Below, in pieces: positions 26,011 to 36,241 of a stretch of DNA of 64,000 nt (the stretch's first letter is position 1; every line of letters starts with the position of its first letter). The stretch is from Alphaproteobacteria bacterium (GTDB lineage: Bacteria; Pseudomonadota; Alphaproteobacteria; CAAHEQ01; UBA3637): contig JAZUQR010000010.1 in assembly GCA_045605805.1 (NCBI GenBank), positions 70,815 through 134,814 of the forward strand, given 5' to 3'. The translations under genes and the position numbers were made by a program. The notes beneath the pieces were generated by a model. It saw only the letters and a list, made by a program, of their open reading frames with translations. It did not search any database and was not told the DNA's origin.

Positions 26011-27819
26011 ATGGCAACAAAATTACCAACAAAAAATAAAAAAGTATTGGACTGGGTGAAAGAAATGGCCACACTGTGTCAACCGGATAAGGTTTATTGG
26101 TGTGACGGTTCCGAAAAAGAAAATACTTTACTGTGTGACGAATTGGTAGACAAAGGAACTTTCATTCGTCTGAATCCCAAAAAGCGGCCTCATTCTTTTT
26201 TGGCTCGTTCCAATCCCAAAGATGTCGCTCGGGTGGAAGGACGCACTTTTATTTGTTGCAAAAATGAAATTGATGCCGGACCAACCAACAACTGGGCTGA
26301 CCCAAAAAAGATGAAATCCACTTTGAAAAAGTTGATGAAAGGCTGTATGAAAGGCCGCACGATGTATGTGATTCCTTTTTCCATGGGGCCTTTGGGCAGT
26401 GAGATTGCCAAAATCGGCGTGGAAATTACAGACAGCCCTTATGTTGTTGTCAATATGCGTATTATGACACGCATGGGTGAAAAAGTTTGGTCTGTATTGG
26501 GTAAGGATGACTTTGTTAAATGTTTCCATTCGGTTTGCTCTCCTCTTAAAAAGGGCGAACAAGATGTGGCTTGGCCTTGCAATCCAGACAACACTTATGT
26601 GACTCATTTCCCTGAAACACGAGAAATTATCTCTATCGGTTCGGGCTATGGTGGCAACGCTTTATTAGGTAAAAAATGTTTGGCTTTACGCATTGCCAGC
26701 ACGATGGCCAAAGAAGAAGGTTGGTTTGCCGAACATATGCTGATTGCCGGCTTTGAAAACAAAAAGGAAAAGATGAAAACCTATGTAGCGGCCGCTTTCC
26801 CTTCTGCCTGTGGCAAAACAAATATGGCTATGTTGATTCCACCAAAGGCTATGGCTGATTGGAAGGTGACAACGGTGGGTGATGATATCGCTTGGATTAA
26901 ACCAGATAAAAACGGTGTGTTGCGAGCCATCAATCCCGAGGCTGGTTTCTTTGGGGTGGCTCCGGGCACAAATCCCGAAACAAATGAAAATGCCATTTTA
27001 TCTTGCCGAGCAAACACCATTTTTACAAATGTGGCTTTAACAGATGATGGAGATGTTTGGTGGGAAGGACTTACGAAAACCGCCCCAAAACATTTGATTG
27101 ACTGGCAAGGGAACGATTGGACACCCAACTCCAAAACACCTGCGGCGCATCCAAACTCTCGTTTTACCGCTCCGGCAAAACAATGTCCTTGTATTGACAA
27201 GGATTGGGAAAATCCAGCCGGTGTGCCGATTGGGGCCTTTGTATTTGGTGGCCGAATGTCCACAAATACCCCTCTTGTTTATCAGGCCTTTAACTGGCAA
27301 CACGGGGTTTATTTAGCCAGCACAATGGGCTCAGAAAAAACCGCTGCGGCCGAAGGCACTATGGGCGAAATCAGACGTGATCCTTTTGCAATGTTGCCTT
27401 TCTGTGGCTATAATATGGGTGATTATTGGAAACATTGGTTTGATATGTTTGGCAAAATTAAACAACATCCGTTGATTTTCCGTGTGAACTGGTTCCGCAA
27501 AGACAAAAAAGGCAACTTTATGTGGCCAGGGTTTGGGGACAATATGCGTGTGATTGAATGGATTGTACGCAGAACTTACCAAAAAGCAGGGGCCACAGAA
27601 AGTGTGTTAGGTTGGATGCCCACTTATAAAGACTTGTCATGGCGTGGCTTAAAAATGAGTGAAAAACAATTTAACGACTTGATGTGTGTGGATGCCAATT
27701 TGGCCGAACAGGATGTCAATTCTCAAGGGATTTATTTTGAACAATTCCTGAATGGCAATCGCTTGCCTTCGGATATTGATGCTGAATTGGTTTTACTGTC
27801 CAATCGGTTAAACAGATAA
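26011..27819 (+). CDS. pckG: Phosphoenolpyruvate carboxykinase (GTP-dependent)
   Basis: GTP-PEPCK signatures: FPSACGKTN (kinase-1a P-loop), …GDDIAWIK…, …WMPTYKD…. Start at [11 protein letters not shown] is preferred. Confidence 0.9.
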   Translation: MATKLPTKNKKVLDWVKEMATLCQPDKVYWCDGSEKENTLLCDELVDKGTFIRLNPKKRPHSFLARSNPKDVARVEGRTFICCKNEIDAGPTNNWADPKKMKSTLKKLMKGCMKGRTMYVIPFSMGPLGSEIAKIGVEITDSPYVVVNMRIMTRMGEKVWSVLGKDDFVKCFHSVCSPLKKGEQDVAWPCNPDNTYVTHFPETREIISIGSGYGGNALLGKKCLALRIASTMAKEEGWFAEHMLIAGFENKKEKMKTYVAAAFPSACGKTNMAMLIPPKAMADWKVTTVGDDIAWIKPDKNGVLRAINPEAGFFGVAPGTNPETNENAILSCRANTIFTNVALTDDGDVWWEGLTKTAPKHLIDWQGNDWTPNSKTPAAHPNSRFTAPAKQCPCIDKDWENPAGVPIGAFVFGGRMSTNTPLVYQAFNWQHGVYLASTMGSEKTAAAEGTMGEIRRDPFAMLPFCGYNMGDYWKHWFDMFGKIKQHPLIFRVNWFRKDKKGNFMWPGFGDNMRVIEWIVRRTYQKAGATESVLGWMPTYKDLSWRGLKMSEKQFNDLMCVDANLAEQDVNSQGIYFEQFLNGNRLPSDIDAELVLLSNRLNR

Positions 27820-27835
27820 AATCCTTTTCACCAAA

Positions 27836-27868
27836 AAAATCTCCCGCTTTTCAACGGGAGTTTTTTTT
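27836..27868. terminator. Bidirectional rho-independent terminator between the convergent pckG and NYN genes
   Basis: aaaaaaatctcccg-cttttcaa-cgggag-tttttttt: a 6-bp GC-rich stem flanked by an A-run and a T-run. Confidence 0.6.
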
Positions 27869-29399
27869 AGTCACGATCGTTTCCCTTCATTTTTGATTTT
27901 TGACGCAGACGAAGTGTTGCACTGCGTTCTTGTTTTGTTGGTTTTCTTATATAGACAAAATCTTTTTCTTCATCCAACAAGTCGGCCGCCTCGTATTTCA
28001 ACAAACCTGCTTTTTTCTTAAATAATTTATGCTCTGTTTGTTTTGATTTGTTGTGTCTTCTTTTATTCTCGCTTTCCTTTGGAATTGGACCAACCGCCTC
28101 TTCGCACAATTTTTTATCATCAATCGCAAATGAATAGACTCCGGTGACATTTTCAAACAATTGTTTTGGGACACGTGTATTACTGATATCCAATAATTCC
28201 ACACACACACCGGCATTTTTCATCTGTTCTACGCCCTGCATAAAATCTGTATCCCGTGACAACAAGTGAACGGTATCTATACTTGAATCAAAACGGGCCA
28301 ATGCCATGTCATAGGCAATTCTGTCATCCACATCATACTGTTGAATATTCGCATCAAAGTCAGTTGCTTGGCGTTCTGAGTGTGGCACTTTCCATTTTCT
28401 TTCTTTCAAAATTGTATAATAAGGTTCTTTTTGTTGGATTGTTCCTTGACTGATTATAGATTTTTTTGGCATCTCATGCGGCACTTCGGACAATAAGAAC
28501 ACCCGACTTTGTCTTTTCGGATTCTTGACTTTGCTGTGCATTTTTGAAGAAGTATAGCAAATGATTTCCAAATCTTGTGTGTTTATTTTTTCCAAAACTT
28601 TTCCCAACAACAAACTTAGATTTTTTTCTGTCAACTTTATTTTTTTTGAATGTAAATAAGCACTCATCAAGCCCATATCTATCATCAAGATATTTCTTTT
28701 TATGGGATTGTTTTGTCGCATTTGACTTAATACCTCAGGCAACTGTTCTGGTTGAATTGAGCTGATTTTGTCTTGTATTTTTTTCAACTCTTCAATGGAA
28801 GACAATTTTGGCTCTTGTGCTTCAAATGATGCTTCTATCTTTGGTCTGTTGCCATTAAACTCTATCCAATCAACATCCACACCTAATGCTGTTGTGACTT
28901 TTGCAGCATACGCTAAATCTTTTGAGTCACCCAACACAAATATCTTTTTCACCTGACCTTTAACAGCGGTTTCTGCCATGTGGTCCACCAATTTTGTTGT
29001 GACCCCTTTTTTTTGAACCTGTAATTCAAAATCATTATCCCTTAGGTCTTTTGGTTTTTTTTCAAAACTTTCTGGTTTCATAATCCATTTGCCATAATCC
29101 ATCTTTTGGCTGCGTCCCCAGTCTGTTTCAAAACTTTTTGCATTTGAAACGCCTTTTTTGTATAGCTCGCTTTTCATATCCTTTTCAAGATATGCTTTTT
29201 TACTGATTGGCCATTGCGCATCATAGATAGGGCGGGAACCATAATAGTGTATGGACACATCCGCACGAGGATGATTTTGTTTTATTTCCGATACCGCATT
29301 ATACAAAAACTTGATAATTGATTGCGCACCATAAGGTTGACCAGCCTCTATGATGTGTTTTTTAAGTGTTTCCCCATCTACAAATAAAATTGTATCCAT
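27867..29399 (-). CDS. Tandem NYN (LabA/PIN-like) domain protein with a basic C-terminal tail. Putative RNase or RNA-binding protein.
   Basis: Domain 1: ILFVDGETL … KIFVLGDSKD. Domain 2: ILMIDMGLM … HLLSRDTDFMQGVEQMKNAGVCVEL. The C-terminus is Lys/Arg-rich. Confidence 0.6.
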   Translation of the reverse strand: MDTILFVDGETLKKHIIEAGQPYGAQSIIKFLYNAVSEIKQNHPRADVSIHYYGSRPIYDAQWPISKKAYLEKDMKSELYKKGVSNAKSFETDWGRSQKMDYGKWIMKPESFEKKPKDLRDNDFELQVQKKGVTTKLVDHMAETAVKGQVKKIFVLGDSKDLAYAAKVTTALGVDVDWIEFNGNRPKIEASFEAQEPKLSSIEELKKIQDKISSIQPEQLPEVLSQMRQNNPIKRNILMIDMGLMSAYLHSKKIKLTEKNLSLLLGKVLEKINTQDLEIICYTSSKMHSKVKNPKRQSRVFLLSEVPHEMPKKSIISQGTIQQKEPYYTILKERKWKVPHSERQATDFDANIQQYDVDDRIAYDMALARFDSSIDTVHLLSRDTDFMQGVEQMKNAGVCVELLDISNTRVPKQLFENVTGVYSFAIDDKKLCEEAVGPIPKESENKRRHNKSKQTEHKLFKKKAGLLKYEAADLLDEEKDFVYIRKPTKQERSATLRLRQKSKMKGNDRD

Positions 29400-29408
29400 T
29401 TTGGCTCC

Positions 29409-30674
29409 TTATTGGTTCATTTTATCAAAAAAATCATCGTTGTTTTTGGTGGCTTTTAATTTTTCAATTAAGAACTCCATGGCATCCGTCACACCCATGG
29501 GCATCAAAACTCTGCGCAACATCCACATTTTCGGCAAGCGTTCTTTGCCCACCAACAATTCTTCTTTTCGTGTACCAGATTTGGTGATATCAATGGCTGG
29601 GAAAATGCGTTTATCAGACACCTTTCTGTCCAAGATAATTTCGCTGTTGCCGGTGCCTTTGAACTCTTCAAAAATCACTTCATCCATGCGTGAGCCTGTA
29701 TCAATTAAAGCTGTACCAAAAATGGTTAAACTGCCCCCTTCTTCAATGTTGCGGGCAGCCCCAAAAAAGCGTTTTGGCTTTTGCAACGCATTGGCATCCA
29801 CACCACCGGTTAAAACCTTACCGCTGGATGGAATCACTGTATTATAGGCACGAGCCAATCGGGTGATGGAATCCAACAAAATAATCACATCTTTTTTATG
29901 TTCCACCAAGCGTTTGGCTTTTTCTATTACCATTTCGGCCACTTGCACATGGCGGGCTGCCGGTTCATCAAAGGTGGAAGAAATCACTTCGCCTTTGACA
30001 GAACGAATCATATCCGTCACTTCTTCGGGCCGTTCATCAATCAACAACATAATCAGATGAGCCTTTGGATAATTGGCGGTGATGGCATGGGCGATATTTT
30101 TTAACATCACTGTTTTACCGGTTCTTGGCGGGGCCACAATCAAACTTCTTTGGCCCATTCCTTGGGGACAAATCAAGTCAATAATTCTGGCGGTTAAATC
30201 TTTATCATCTTCTTTACCGGTTAAATCATGTTCCATTTTAATTGAGTTTTCGGGATACAGCGGTGTTAAATCATCAAAGTTCACACGATATTTTAACTTT
30301 TCAGGTTCCACAAAATTGACTGTATTTATTTTTTCCAAAGCAAAATAGCGTTCATTTTCTTTTGGGGCAGTTATTTCCCCAGAGATAGTATCGCCGGTGC
30401 GCAATCCCCAGCGTTTGATATGATATGGTGCCACATAAATATCATCCGGCCCTGCCAAATAGTTCGCTTCCGGAGAACGCAAAAATCCAAAACCATCTTG
30501 CATCACTTCCAAAACGCCTTCTCCATATAAAGTGTTTTCTGATTCAGACAGTTTTCTTAAAATCGCATACATCAAATCCTGTGTACGCAAACTTGTGGCA
30601 TTTTCAACATTTAATTCTTCGGCATAGCGCAACAAATCGGCCGGCGATTTCTTTTTCAAATCCTGTAATTGCAT
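29409..30674 (-). CDS. rho: Transcription termination factor Rho
   Basis: N-terminus [15 protein letters not shown]…[15 protein letters not shown]. Walker A GKT in [11 protein letters not shown]. The start is chosen at the conserved Rho N-terminus, not the longer ORF. Confidence 0.9.
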   Translation of the reverse strand: MQLQDLKKKSPADLLRYAEELNVENATSLRTQDLMYAILRKLSESENTLYGEGVLEVMQDGFGFLRSPEANYLAGPDDIYVAPYHIKRWGLRTGDTISGEITAPKENERYFALEKINTVNFVEPEKLKYRVNFDDLTPLYPENSIKMEHDLTGKEDDKDLTARIIDLICPQGMGQRSLIVAPPRTGKTVMLKNIAHAITANYPKAHLIMLLIDERPEEVTDMIRSVKGEVISSTFDEPAARHVQVAEMVIEKAKRLVEHKKDVIILLDSITRLARAYNTVIPSSGKVLTGGVDANALQKPKRFFGAARNIEEGGSLTIFGTALIDTGSRMDEVIFEEFKGTGNSEIILDRKVSDKRIFPAIDITKSGTRKEELLVGKERLPKMWMLRRVLMPMGVTDAMEFLIEKLKATKNNDDFFDKMNQ

Positions 30675-30838
30675 CTTTATCCTTTGGAAAGTTTTTTTAT
30701 AGAACATAGTCAGAACGACTATGGGTTTTATTATAACATATTTTGTCCAATTGTCAAGCATTCTTTATGAAGGCATCTTAGCTCTTGACTTTTTTGTTGC
30801 TTTGGGATACATTTTATTTGTTATATGGAGGTTTTTTT

Positions 30839-31657
30839 ATGTATTCAGGCATCCCTTTTCCAGACATCAATCCTGTGGTTTTTCAATGGGGTTGGTTTGC
30901 TGTCAGATGGTATTCTTTAGCCTATATTTTCGGTATTTTGGGTGCTTGGTGGATGGCCAGAAAGATGTCAGAAAAATCACACAGTACTTTCACTGTTTTG
31001 AAGATAGACGACTTTTTAATTTGGGCCACTGTCGGCATCATTTTGGGCGGACGATTGGGGTATTGTCTGTTTTATAATTTACATTATTATTTAGAGTTTC
31101 CTTGGCAAATCCTTCAAGTGTGGCAAGGCGGTATGTCTTTTCATGGAGGGTTATTGGGTGTGATTGTGGCAACACTTTTGTTTGCCAAAAAGAAACAGAT
31201 TTCTTTGTTGAGTATGGGCGATATTGTGACCTGCGTGGCCCCTATTGGTTTATTTTTGGGACGATTAGCCAACTTTGCCAATGGCGAACTTTACGGTCGG
31301 GTGACCCACTCTGTGCCATGGGCTATGATTTTCCCAAATGCCGGCTCAGAACCTCGGCATCCCAGTCAATTATATGAAGCTGGGGTTGAAGGGCTGTTTT
31401 TGTTCCTTATTTTGAATCTTTTATGGTGGTTTGCGCCACCCATTCGCAACCGCAGGGGATTGATTACCGGTTTGTTTTTTATTCTGTATGGCGTTGGGCG
31501 TTTCTTTTTAGAATATACTCGTGAACCGGATGCTCATTTAGGATTGGTATGGCATAATTTTTCTATGGGACAAGTGTTATGTTTGCCGATGATTTTGTTG
31601 GGGATATTTTTTATTTTGTGTTCCAAAAAAAATACTGTTTATCATCAGGAGGTATAG
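30839..31657 (+). CDS. lgt: Prolipoprotein diacylglyceryl transferase
   Basis: MYSGIPFPDINPVVFQWGWFAVRWYSLAYI… and the G-rich Lgt signature region. Multi-TM. Confidence 0.85.
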   Translation: MYSGIPFPDINPVVFQWGWFAVRWYSLAYIFGILGAWWMARKMSEKSHSTFTVLKIDDFLIWATVGIILGGRLGYCLFYNLHYYLEFPWQILQVWQGGMSFHGGLLGVIVATLLFAKKKQISLLSMGDIVTCVAPIGLFLGRLANFANGELYGRVTHSVPWAMIFPNAGSEPRHPSQLYEAGVEGLFLFLILNLLWWFAPPIRNRRGLITGLFFILYGVGRFFLEYTREPDAHLGLVWHNFSMGQVLCLPMILLGIFFILCSKKNTVYHQEV

Positions 31658-32245
31658 ATGGCCAAGCGACATTCGTGGTGTGAAAATATACGGCGTTTAT
31701 TCAGAAAACAACTTATTGTCCCAATTATTCGTTCACCTCATCCTCCGGAACATACCGCCAGAGGGGTTGCCATTGGAACGATGTGGGCTATGACGCCGTT
31801 GGTTGGCATTCAGATGTGGCTTGTCACCATGACATGGTTGGGCTTTAAGAAGTTTTCTTCAAAGACTTTTTCTTTGCCATTGGGGTTGGCTTTTACATGG
31901 TTGACCAATGTGTTTACACTTGTCCCTGTCTATTATGCCTTTTATGTGACCGGCCAAATTATGATGGGGCATTGGGAATCTATCAGCGGTTATGACCATC
32001 TTCAAGAAATTATTCGTCAAACCTTTATGGCCAATCTTTCTTTTGTTCAAGAATGGGCTTTGTTTTTTAAGTTGCTGTTAAAAGATTGGGGCATTGCCAT
32101 GGTTGTGGGGTGTTTGCCTTGGGCTGTTGTGGGATATTGGCTTGGTTTTCGTTTAACTTTACAGTTTTTGAAAGACTATCATCTTTTACGAGAGAAAAGA
32201 AGATTAGCCAAACTTCAACGCAGATTAGAGGCAAAACACAAATGA
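31658..32245 (+). CDS. DUF2062-family membrane protein
   Basis: …HPPEHTARGVAIGTMWAMTPLVGIQMWL… typical of DUF2062. 195 aa. Multi-TM. Confidence 0.45.
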   Translation: MAKRHSWCENIRRLFRKQLIVPIIRSPHPPEHTARGVAIGTMWAMTPLVGIQMWLVTMTWLGFKKFSSKTFSLPLGLAFTWLTNVFTLVPVYYAFYVTGQIMMGHWESISGYDHLQEIIRQTFMANLSFVQEWALFFKLLLKDWGIAMVVGCLPWAVVGYWLGFRLTLQFLKDYHLLREKRRLAKLQRRLEAKHK

Positions 32246-32886
32246 TTTGTCCATTTTCTTTTCAAAATCTTTCGTTTATTCGGGCCGGCTTTTTGGATAA
32301 AGAGGAAAGTTTAACTTTTTCCCAGCCCATTTTGATGACTCAGGTGCACAGTGCGGATGTCATTGTTTTGAAAGAGCCACCCTCAGGGGATTTGGTTTGT
32401 GATGCATTGGTGACCGATTACCCTGATTTGAAATTGACTGTTAAAACGGCCGATTGTGCGCCAGTGCTGTTTGTGGATGAAGAAAAGCACATTATCGGGG
32501 CAGCCCATGCCGGTTGGAAAGGTGCTTTTCAAGGGGTGATGGAAAATACTGTTTTGAAAATGATTTCTTTGGGGGCTTCTGTGGATAAAATTAAAGTGGC
32601 GATTGGCCCTCACTTGACCCAAAAAAGTTTTCAGGTTTCTGAGTCTATGCGGGCGCTTTTTCCCAAAACGGAACACCTGTTTTTTCAAGAATCTGACAAA
32701 GGGATTTATTTTGATTTTACGGCTTATTTGAAAAATCGTCTTAACAAAATGGGCATCCAAAATCCAGAAGTGTTTTCTCTTGATACTTTTTCAAAAAAGG
32801 CTTATAATAGTTATCGCAGAGAGCCAGACAATCCGGCTCGGCAATTCAGTTTTATTCAACTTATTAAAGGAGAGTCACATGTATGA
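32242..32886 (+). CDS. pgeF: Polyphenol-oxidase/laccase-domain protein YfiH/PgeF (purine nucleoside phosphorylase / peptidoglycan editing factor family)
   Basis: …TADCAPVLFVDEEKHIIGAAHAGWKG… (conserved C…H…AGW motif). The start overlaps the upstream stop (ATGA). Confidence 0.7.
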   Translation: MICPFSFQNLSFIRAGFLDKEESLTFSQPILMTQVHSADVIVLKEPPSGDLVCDALVTDYPDLKLTVKTADCAPVLFVDEEKHIIGAAHAGWKGAFQGVMENTVLKMISLGASVDKIKVAIGPHLTQKSFQVSESMRALFPKTEHLFFQESDKGIYFDFTAYLKNRLNKMGIQNPEVFSLDTFSKKAYNSYRREPDNPARQFSFIQLIKGESHV

Positions 32887-33778
32887 AAATATAGAGTTTG
32901 TTATTTGTGCGGCCGGTGAATGCACTCGCAATTTTCCCCATTCCAAGGCTATTGCACACAAATCTTTGTTGCCGATGGGGGACAAACGCATCATTGATTA
33001 TACTTTGAAAGACATTGTTCAAATGGGGGGGCGGCATGTGACTTTTGTTTGTTCTAATCAACAGGTGGTGGATTCGTTCAAAAAAGCCTTATCCAATACA
33101 CCACAAGTGGCCGAAAAATTGCGTTCAAAAGGCAAAAATGATATTGCCGAGATTTTGGAAGATACTTTTTTGCCCGCAGATATGGACTTAAAGTTTGCTA
33201 TTCAAGACGAGCCTTTGGGAACAGCCCATGTTTTGTATGTTGCCAAAGAGGCCATTCAAGACCGACATGTTGTTTTGATTTTCCCAGATGATATTATCCT
33301 TTCACACGATGTTCACAATTCCCATTTCAAACGCCTTGTGGATGCTTTTTTATCCAATCCGAAACAGGTTTTATTGACTGGTTTATGGCGGGAAGATGTC
33401 AGCAATAATGCTATTATTGAAAACAATCGCATTGTGGAAAAACCCAAAAATCCAACCTCGCACATTGCCGGTATGTCCCCCAATGTGTTGCCTAATGAAA
33501 TTGTGAAGTTTTTATGGCAACAAGCCCCTCAACGCTTGCAAGAGGTGAAACAAAATCACAAAGAATGGCTTTACATGGATGCTGTCAATGACTTTTTGGA
33601 TCAAGGCGGTGAACAAAATGGCTTTTCTGTGGCGATGTTCTTGAAAGACGATGCCGATGAAATGTTGGATACCGGCAATTTATTCTTTTATGAACAATGC
33701 TGTTTGCAAACACTGCTTAAATGTTCACGCTATAAAGAACAACACACAGAACTTGTGAAAAAACTTTTGACTCTTTAA
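32879..33778 (+). CDS. Sugar-phosphate nucleotidyltransferase family protein (RmlA/GlmU-like N-terminal fold)
   Basis: IEFVICAAGECTRNFPHSKAIAHKSLLPMGDKRIIDYTL resembles the G-x-G-T-R nucleotide-binding loop of NDP-sugar pyrophosphorylases. Confidence 0.5.
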   Translation: MYENIEFVICAAGECTRNFPHSKAIAHKSLLPMGDKRIIDYTLKDIVQMGGRHVTFVCSNQQVVDSFKKALSNTPQVAEKLRSKGKNDIAEILEDTFLPADMDLKFAIQDEPLGTAHVLYVAKEAIQDRHVVLIFPDDIILSHDVHNSHFKRLVDAFLSNPKQVLLTGLWREDVSNNAIIENNRIVEKPKNPTSHIAGMSPNVLPNEIVKFLWQQAPQRLQEVKQNHKEWLYMDAVNDFLDQGGEQNGFSVAMFLKDDADEMLDTGNLFFYEQCCLQTLLKCSRYKEQHTELVKKLLTL

Positions 33779-34239
33779 CGAGAGGTTAAAACCAGTGTGT
33801 ATCCATCCGCTGCTGAACTACACTCACCTGCCGTCATATTGGCATAGCTCATTGTTCTTAGGCGGCCACAGGCCAATTCGGTGAGGCCAGTGACGGTGAT
33901 TTGATATCCGGCTCCCTCATTGGGGTTATCGTATCGGCTTATGTCTATACCACCATATTCATCCAAAATGACATTGCCGGTGCTACATTCCGTGACGGCA
34001 TTTTCACAAACAGCCGTGATCATTGCGCTTCTCTCTGGATACTTTCTTGACCATGAATATAAATCTGTCAAACCTTGCGAGATTTCTTCCAATTGATTGA
34101 AGGTGGCGTTGATTTTATACATACTGACACCAAAACCAATGCCCGAGATAGCCCCGTACATGATGATGCCCATAACGGCCAAAACGCCCAACATTTCCAG
34201 CATGGTGCGACCAGATTCATTTTGTTTTATGTTATTCAT
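33775..34239 (-). CDS. Prepilin-type N-terminal cleavage/methylation domain protein (type IV pilin or pseudopilin-like)
   Basis: N-terminus …SGRTMLEMLGVLAVMGIIMYGAI…: Gly then a hydrophobic helix with Glu at +5, the class III signal-peptide pattern. Confidence 0.5.
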   Translation of the reverse strand: MNNIKQNESGRTMLEMLGVLAVMGIIMYGAISGIGFGVSMYKINATFNQLEEISQGLTDLYSWSRKYPERSAMITAVCENAVTECSTGNVILDEYGGIDISRYDNPNEGAGYQITVTGLTELACGRLRTMSYANMTAGECSSAADGYTLVLTSR

Positions 34240-34254
34240 TTGAAACTCCTTTTT

Positions 34255-35061
34255 TTAACTTTTATACCCCGAAAAGCCAAAACTTTCAAGTTTTTTTTCT
34301 AATTGTTTTTCTTGGAAGATTTTGCGTTGTTTTTTTGAAAACGCAACATTCAATAAATCGGGCGTTAAAACATTTAACTTTTTCATCACTTTCAAGATGT
34401 GTGTCGCACAGGGGCCTGTGATAATCTTAAACAATTCATCTCTGCGTCTGTCAACCGACAGGTGGCCCAGATGTGGCACAATTTGTGGCAAAACTTTTAC
34501 CACCTCTTCCGACACTTTTTTTTGCCCCATTTTGCCCATAAAGCGAAAATATCTGAGGGCTCTTAAATAATCCTCTTGCATCCGTTTTTTAGGCGAGCCG
34601 ATAAAGCGAACCGTTTTTATTTTCAAATCATCCAACCCGCCTGTATAATCATAGATTTTACCGTGAATATCGGCATACAGAGCATTGATGGTAAAATCTC
34701 GGCGCTTGGCATCCGTTGCCCACGATTTTGTAAAACCAACCACTGCATGGCGGCCATCGGTTTGAATATCTTTCCTTAATGTGGTTATTTCAAACGGTGT
34801 ACCATTGACTTTGGCCACAATTGTCCCGAAGGCTTTACCAATTGCCAAATACGGCATGTGATTTTTGATTAAAATATCTTCCACTTCCTGTGGCGTTAAA
34901 GGGGTGGCCATATCCCGATCGTTTATTTTTTTGTGCAACAGCCAATCCCGCACACACCCCCCCACCAAACGCACTTGGCCGTTCAGTATTTTGTGTAAAT
35001 AGCGTGCTTTTTCATCCCACAGTTGTTGCATATTTTTATCATAATCAAAGATTGCTTGCAA
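34255..35061 (-). CDS. cca: tRNA nucleotidyltransferase / poly(A) polymerase family protein (head and neck domains only; short)
   Basis: GGCVRDWLLHKKINDRDMAT (Pol-beta-like G[SG]…D.D motif). At 268 aa it is ~120 aa shorter than typical CCA-adding enzymes. Confidence 0.55.
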   Translation of the reverse strand: MQAIFDYDKNMQQLWDEKARYLHKILNGQVRLVGGCVRDWLLHKKINDRDMATPLTPQEVEDILIKNHMPYLAIGKAFGTIVAKVNGTPFEITTLRKDIQTDGRHAVVGFTKSWATDAKRRDFTINALYADIHGKIYDYTGGLDDLKIKTVRFIGSPKKRMQEDYLRALRYFRFMGKMGQKKVSEEVVKVLPQIVPHLGHLSVDRRRDELFKIITGPCATHILKVMKKLNVLTPDLLNVAFSKKQRKIFQEKQLEKKLESFGFSGYKS

Positions 35062-35090
35062 ATCAAGTGAAAAAAGGATATACTCACTTT

Positions 35091-36230
35091 ATGATGATTA
35101 CAACGACAAAGCAATTACAAGAACTGTGCCATCGCTTTGAAAAGCATCCTTTTATGACGGTGGACACCGAGTTTATTCGTGAGAAAACTTATTATCCTCA
35201 GGTGTGCCTGATTCAACTTGCCTCACCGGAAGAGGCCGTTTGTGTGGACCCTTTGGTAGAAGGGCTGGATTTATCGCCTTTATTTGAATTATTCCAAAAT
35301 ACAAATGTGATTAAAGTTTTTCATGCCTGCCGGCAGGATATTGAGATTTTTTATCACCTTTCGCATCAGATTCCCGTGCCGGTGTTTGACACTCAGGTGG
35401 GGGCTATGGTTTGCGGATATGGGGATAATGTCAGCTATCAACAACTTGTCAATGACTTTGTGGGTGTTTCTCTTGACAAAACGATGCGTGTGACAGATTG
35501 GTCTAAACGCCCGCTATCCGATGCACAAGTTCAATATGCCTTGCATGATGTGGTTGAATTGCGCACTGTTTATGAAAAAATGATGACCCGTATTTGTGAA
35601 CAAAACCGATTGGATTGGTTGGCCGAAGAAATGGCGGATCTTGTCAATCCCAAAACTTACGAGCCAGATGTTTATTCGCTTTGGAAAAAGGTGCGTGTCC
35701 CTTTCAAAAAGCCTTTATTGATTCATGTGTTTGCCAGATTATATGCGTGGCGGGAACTGATGGCTCAACAAAAAAACAGACCCAAAAAGTTTTTTATGAA
35801 AGACGAGGCTTTGATTGAATTGGCCGTTCAAATGCCCCAAACTGTGGAACAAATTGATGGGTTGCGTTCTTTTCCAAATAATTTCAGCAAATCAGACCTT
35901 GCCAAAGAGATTATTGCTGTGATTCAACAAGCTAAATCAGACAATCCACAAACCTTTGAACAACCTTGTGAGCTAAGGCCTTTAACGCCTAAACAACGCA
36001 ATTTAGCCGATGTTTTACAACTTGTTTTGAACATTGTTGCCGAAAAGTTTGGTGTGGCCCCAAAGTTGGTTGCCACCAATGCGGATATTCAACAATTTAT
36101 TCAAACCGGTGATGCGCCGTTCTTAAAGGGATGGCGGCAGAAGGTTTTTGGGGAGGCTGCCCTTGCTATGCAGGCCGGCACCTTATCCATTTCATTTGAT
36201 ACCTCTTCGGGCAATATCGTTTTACGATAA
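35091..36230 (+). CDS. rnd: Ribonuclease D
   Basis: DEDDy 3'-5' exonuclease N-terminus (…FMTVDTEFIREKTYYPQVCLIQLA…, …YALHDVVEL…) plus HRDC-like C-terminus. Confidence 0.8.
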   Translation: MMITTTKQLQELCHRFEKHPFMTVDTEFIREKTYYPQVCLIQLASPEEAVCVDPLVEGLDLSPLFELFQNTNVIKVFHACRQDIEIFYHLSHQIPVPVFDTQVGAMVCGYGDNVSYQQLVNDFVGVSLDKTMRVTDWSKRPLSDAQVQYALHDVVELRTVYEKMMTRICEQNRLDWLAEEMADLVNPKTYEPDVYSLWKKVRVPFKKPLLIHVFARLYAWRELMAQQKNRPKKFFMKDEALIELAVQMPQTVEQIDGLRSFPNNFSKSDLAKEIIAVIQQAKSDNPQTFEQPCELRPLTPKQRNLADVLQLVLNIVAEKFGVAPKLVATNADIQQFIQTGDAPFLKGWRQKVFGEAALAMQAGTLSISFDTSSGNIVLR

Positions 36231-36241
36231 ATGCCAAAAAA

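Noticed and set aside
30675-30761. Upstream extension of the rho ORF ([29 protein letters not shown]).
   Set aside because: The conserved Rho N-terminus starts at MQLQDLKKK. The extension is not conserved-looking.
34890-35090. 67-codon upstream extension of the rnd ORF overlapping the cca gene on the opposite strand.
   Set aside because: RNase D homology (DEDD region) begins at MMITTTKQL. The extension is antisense to the CCA-family gene.
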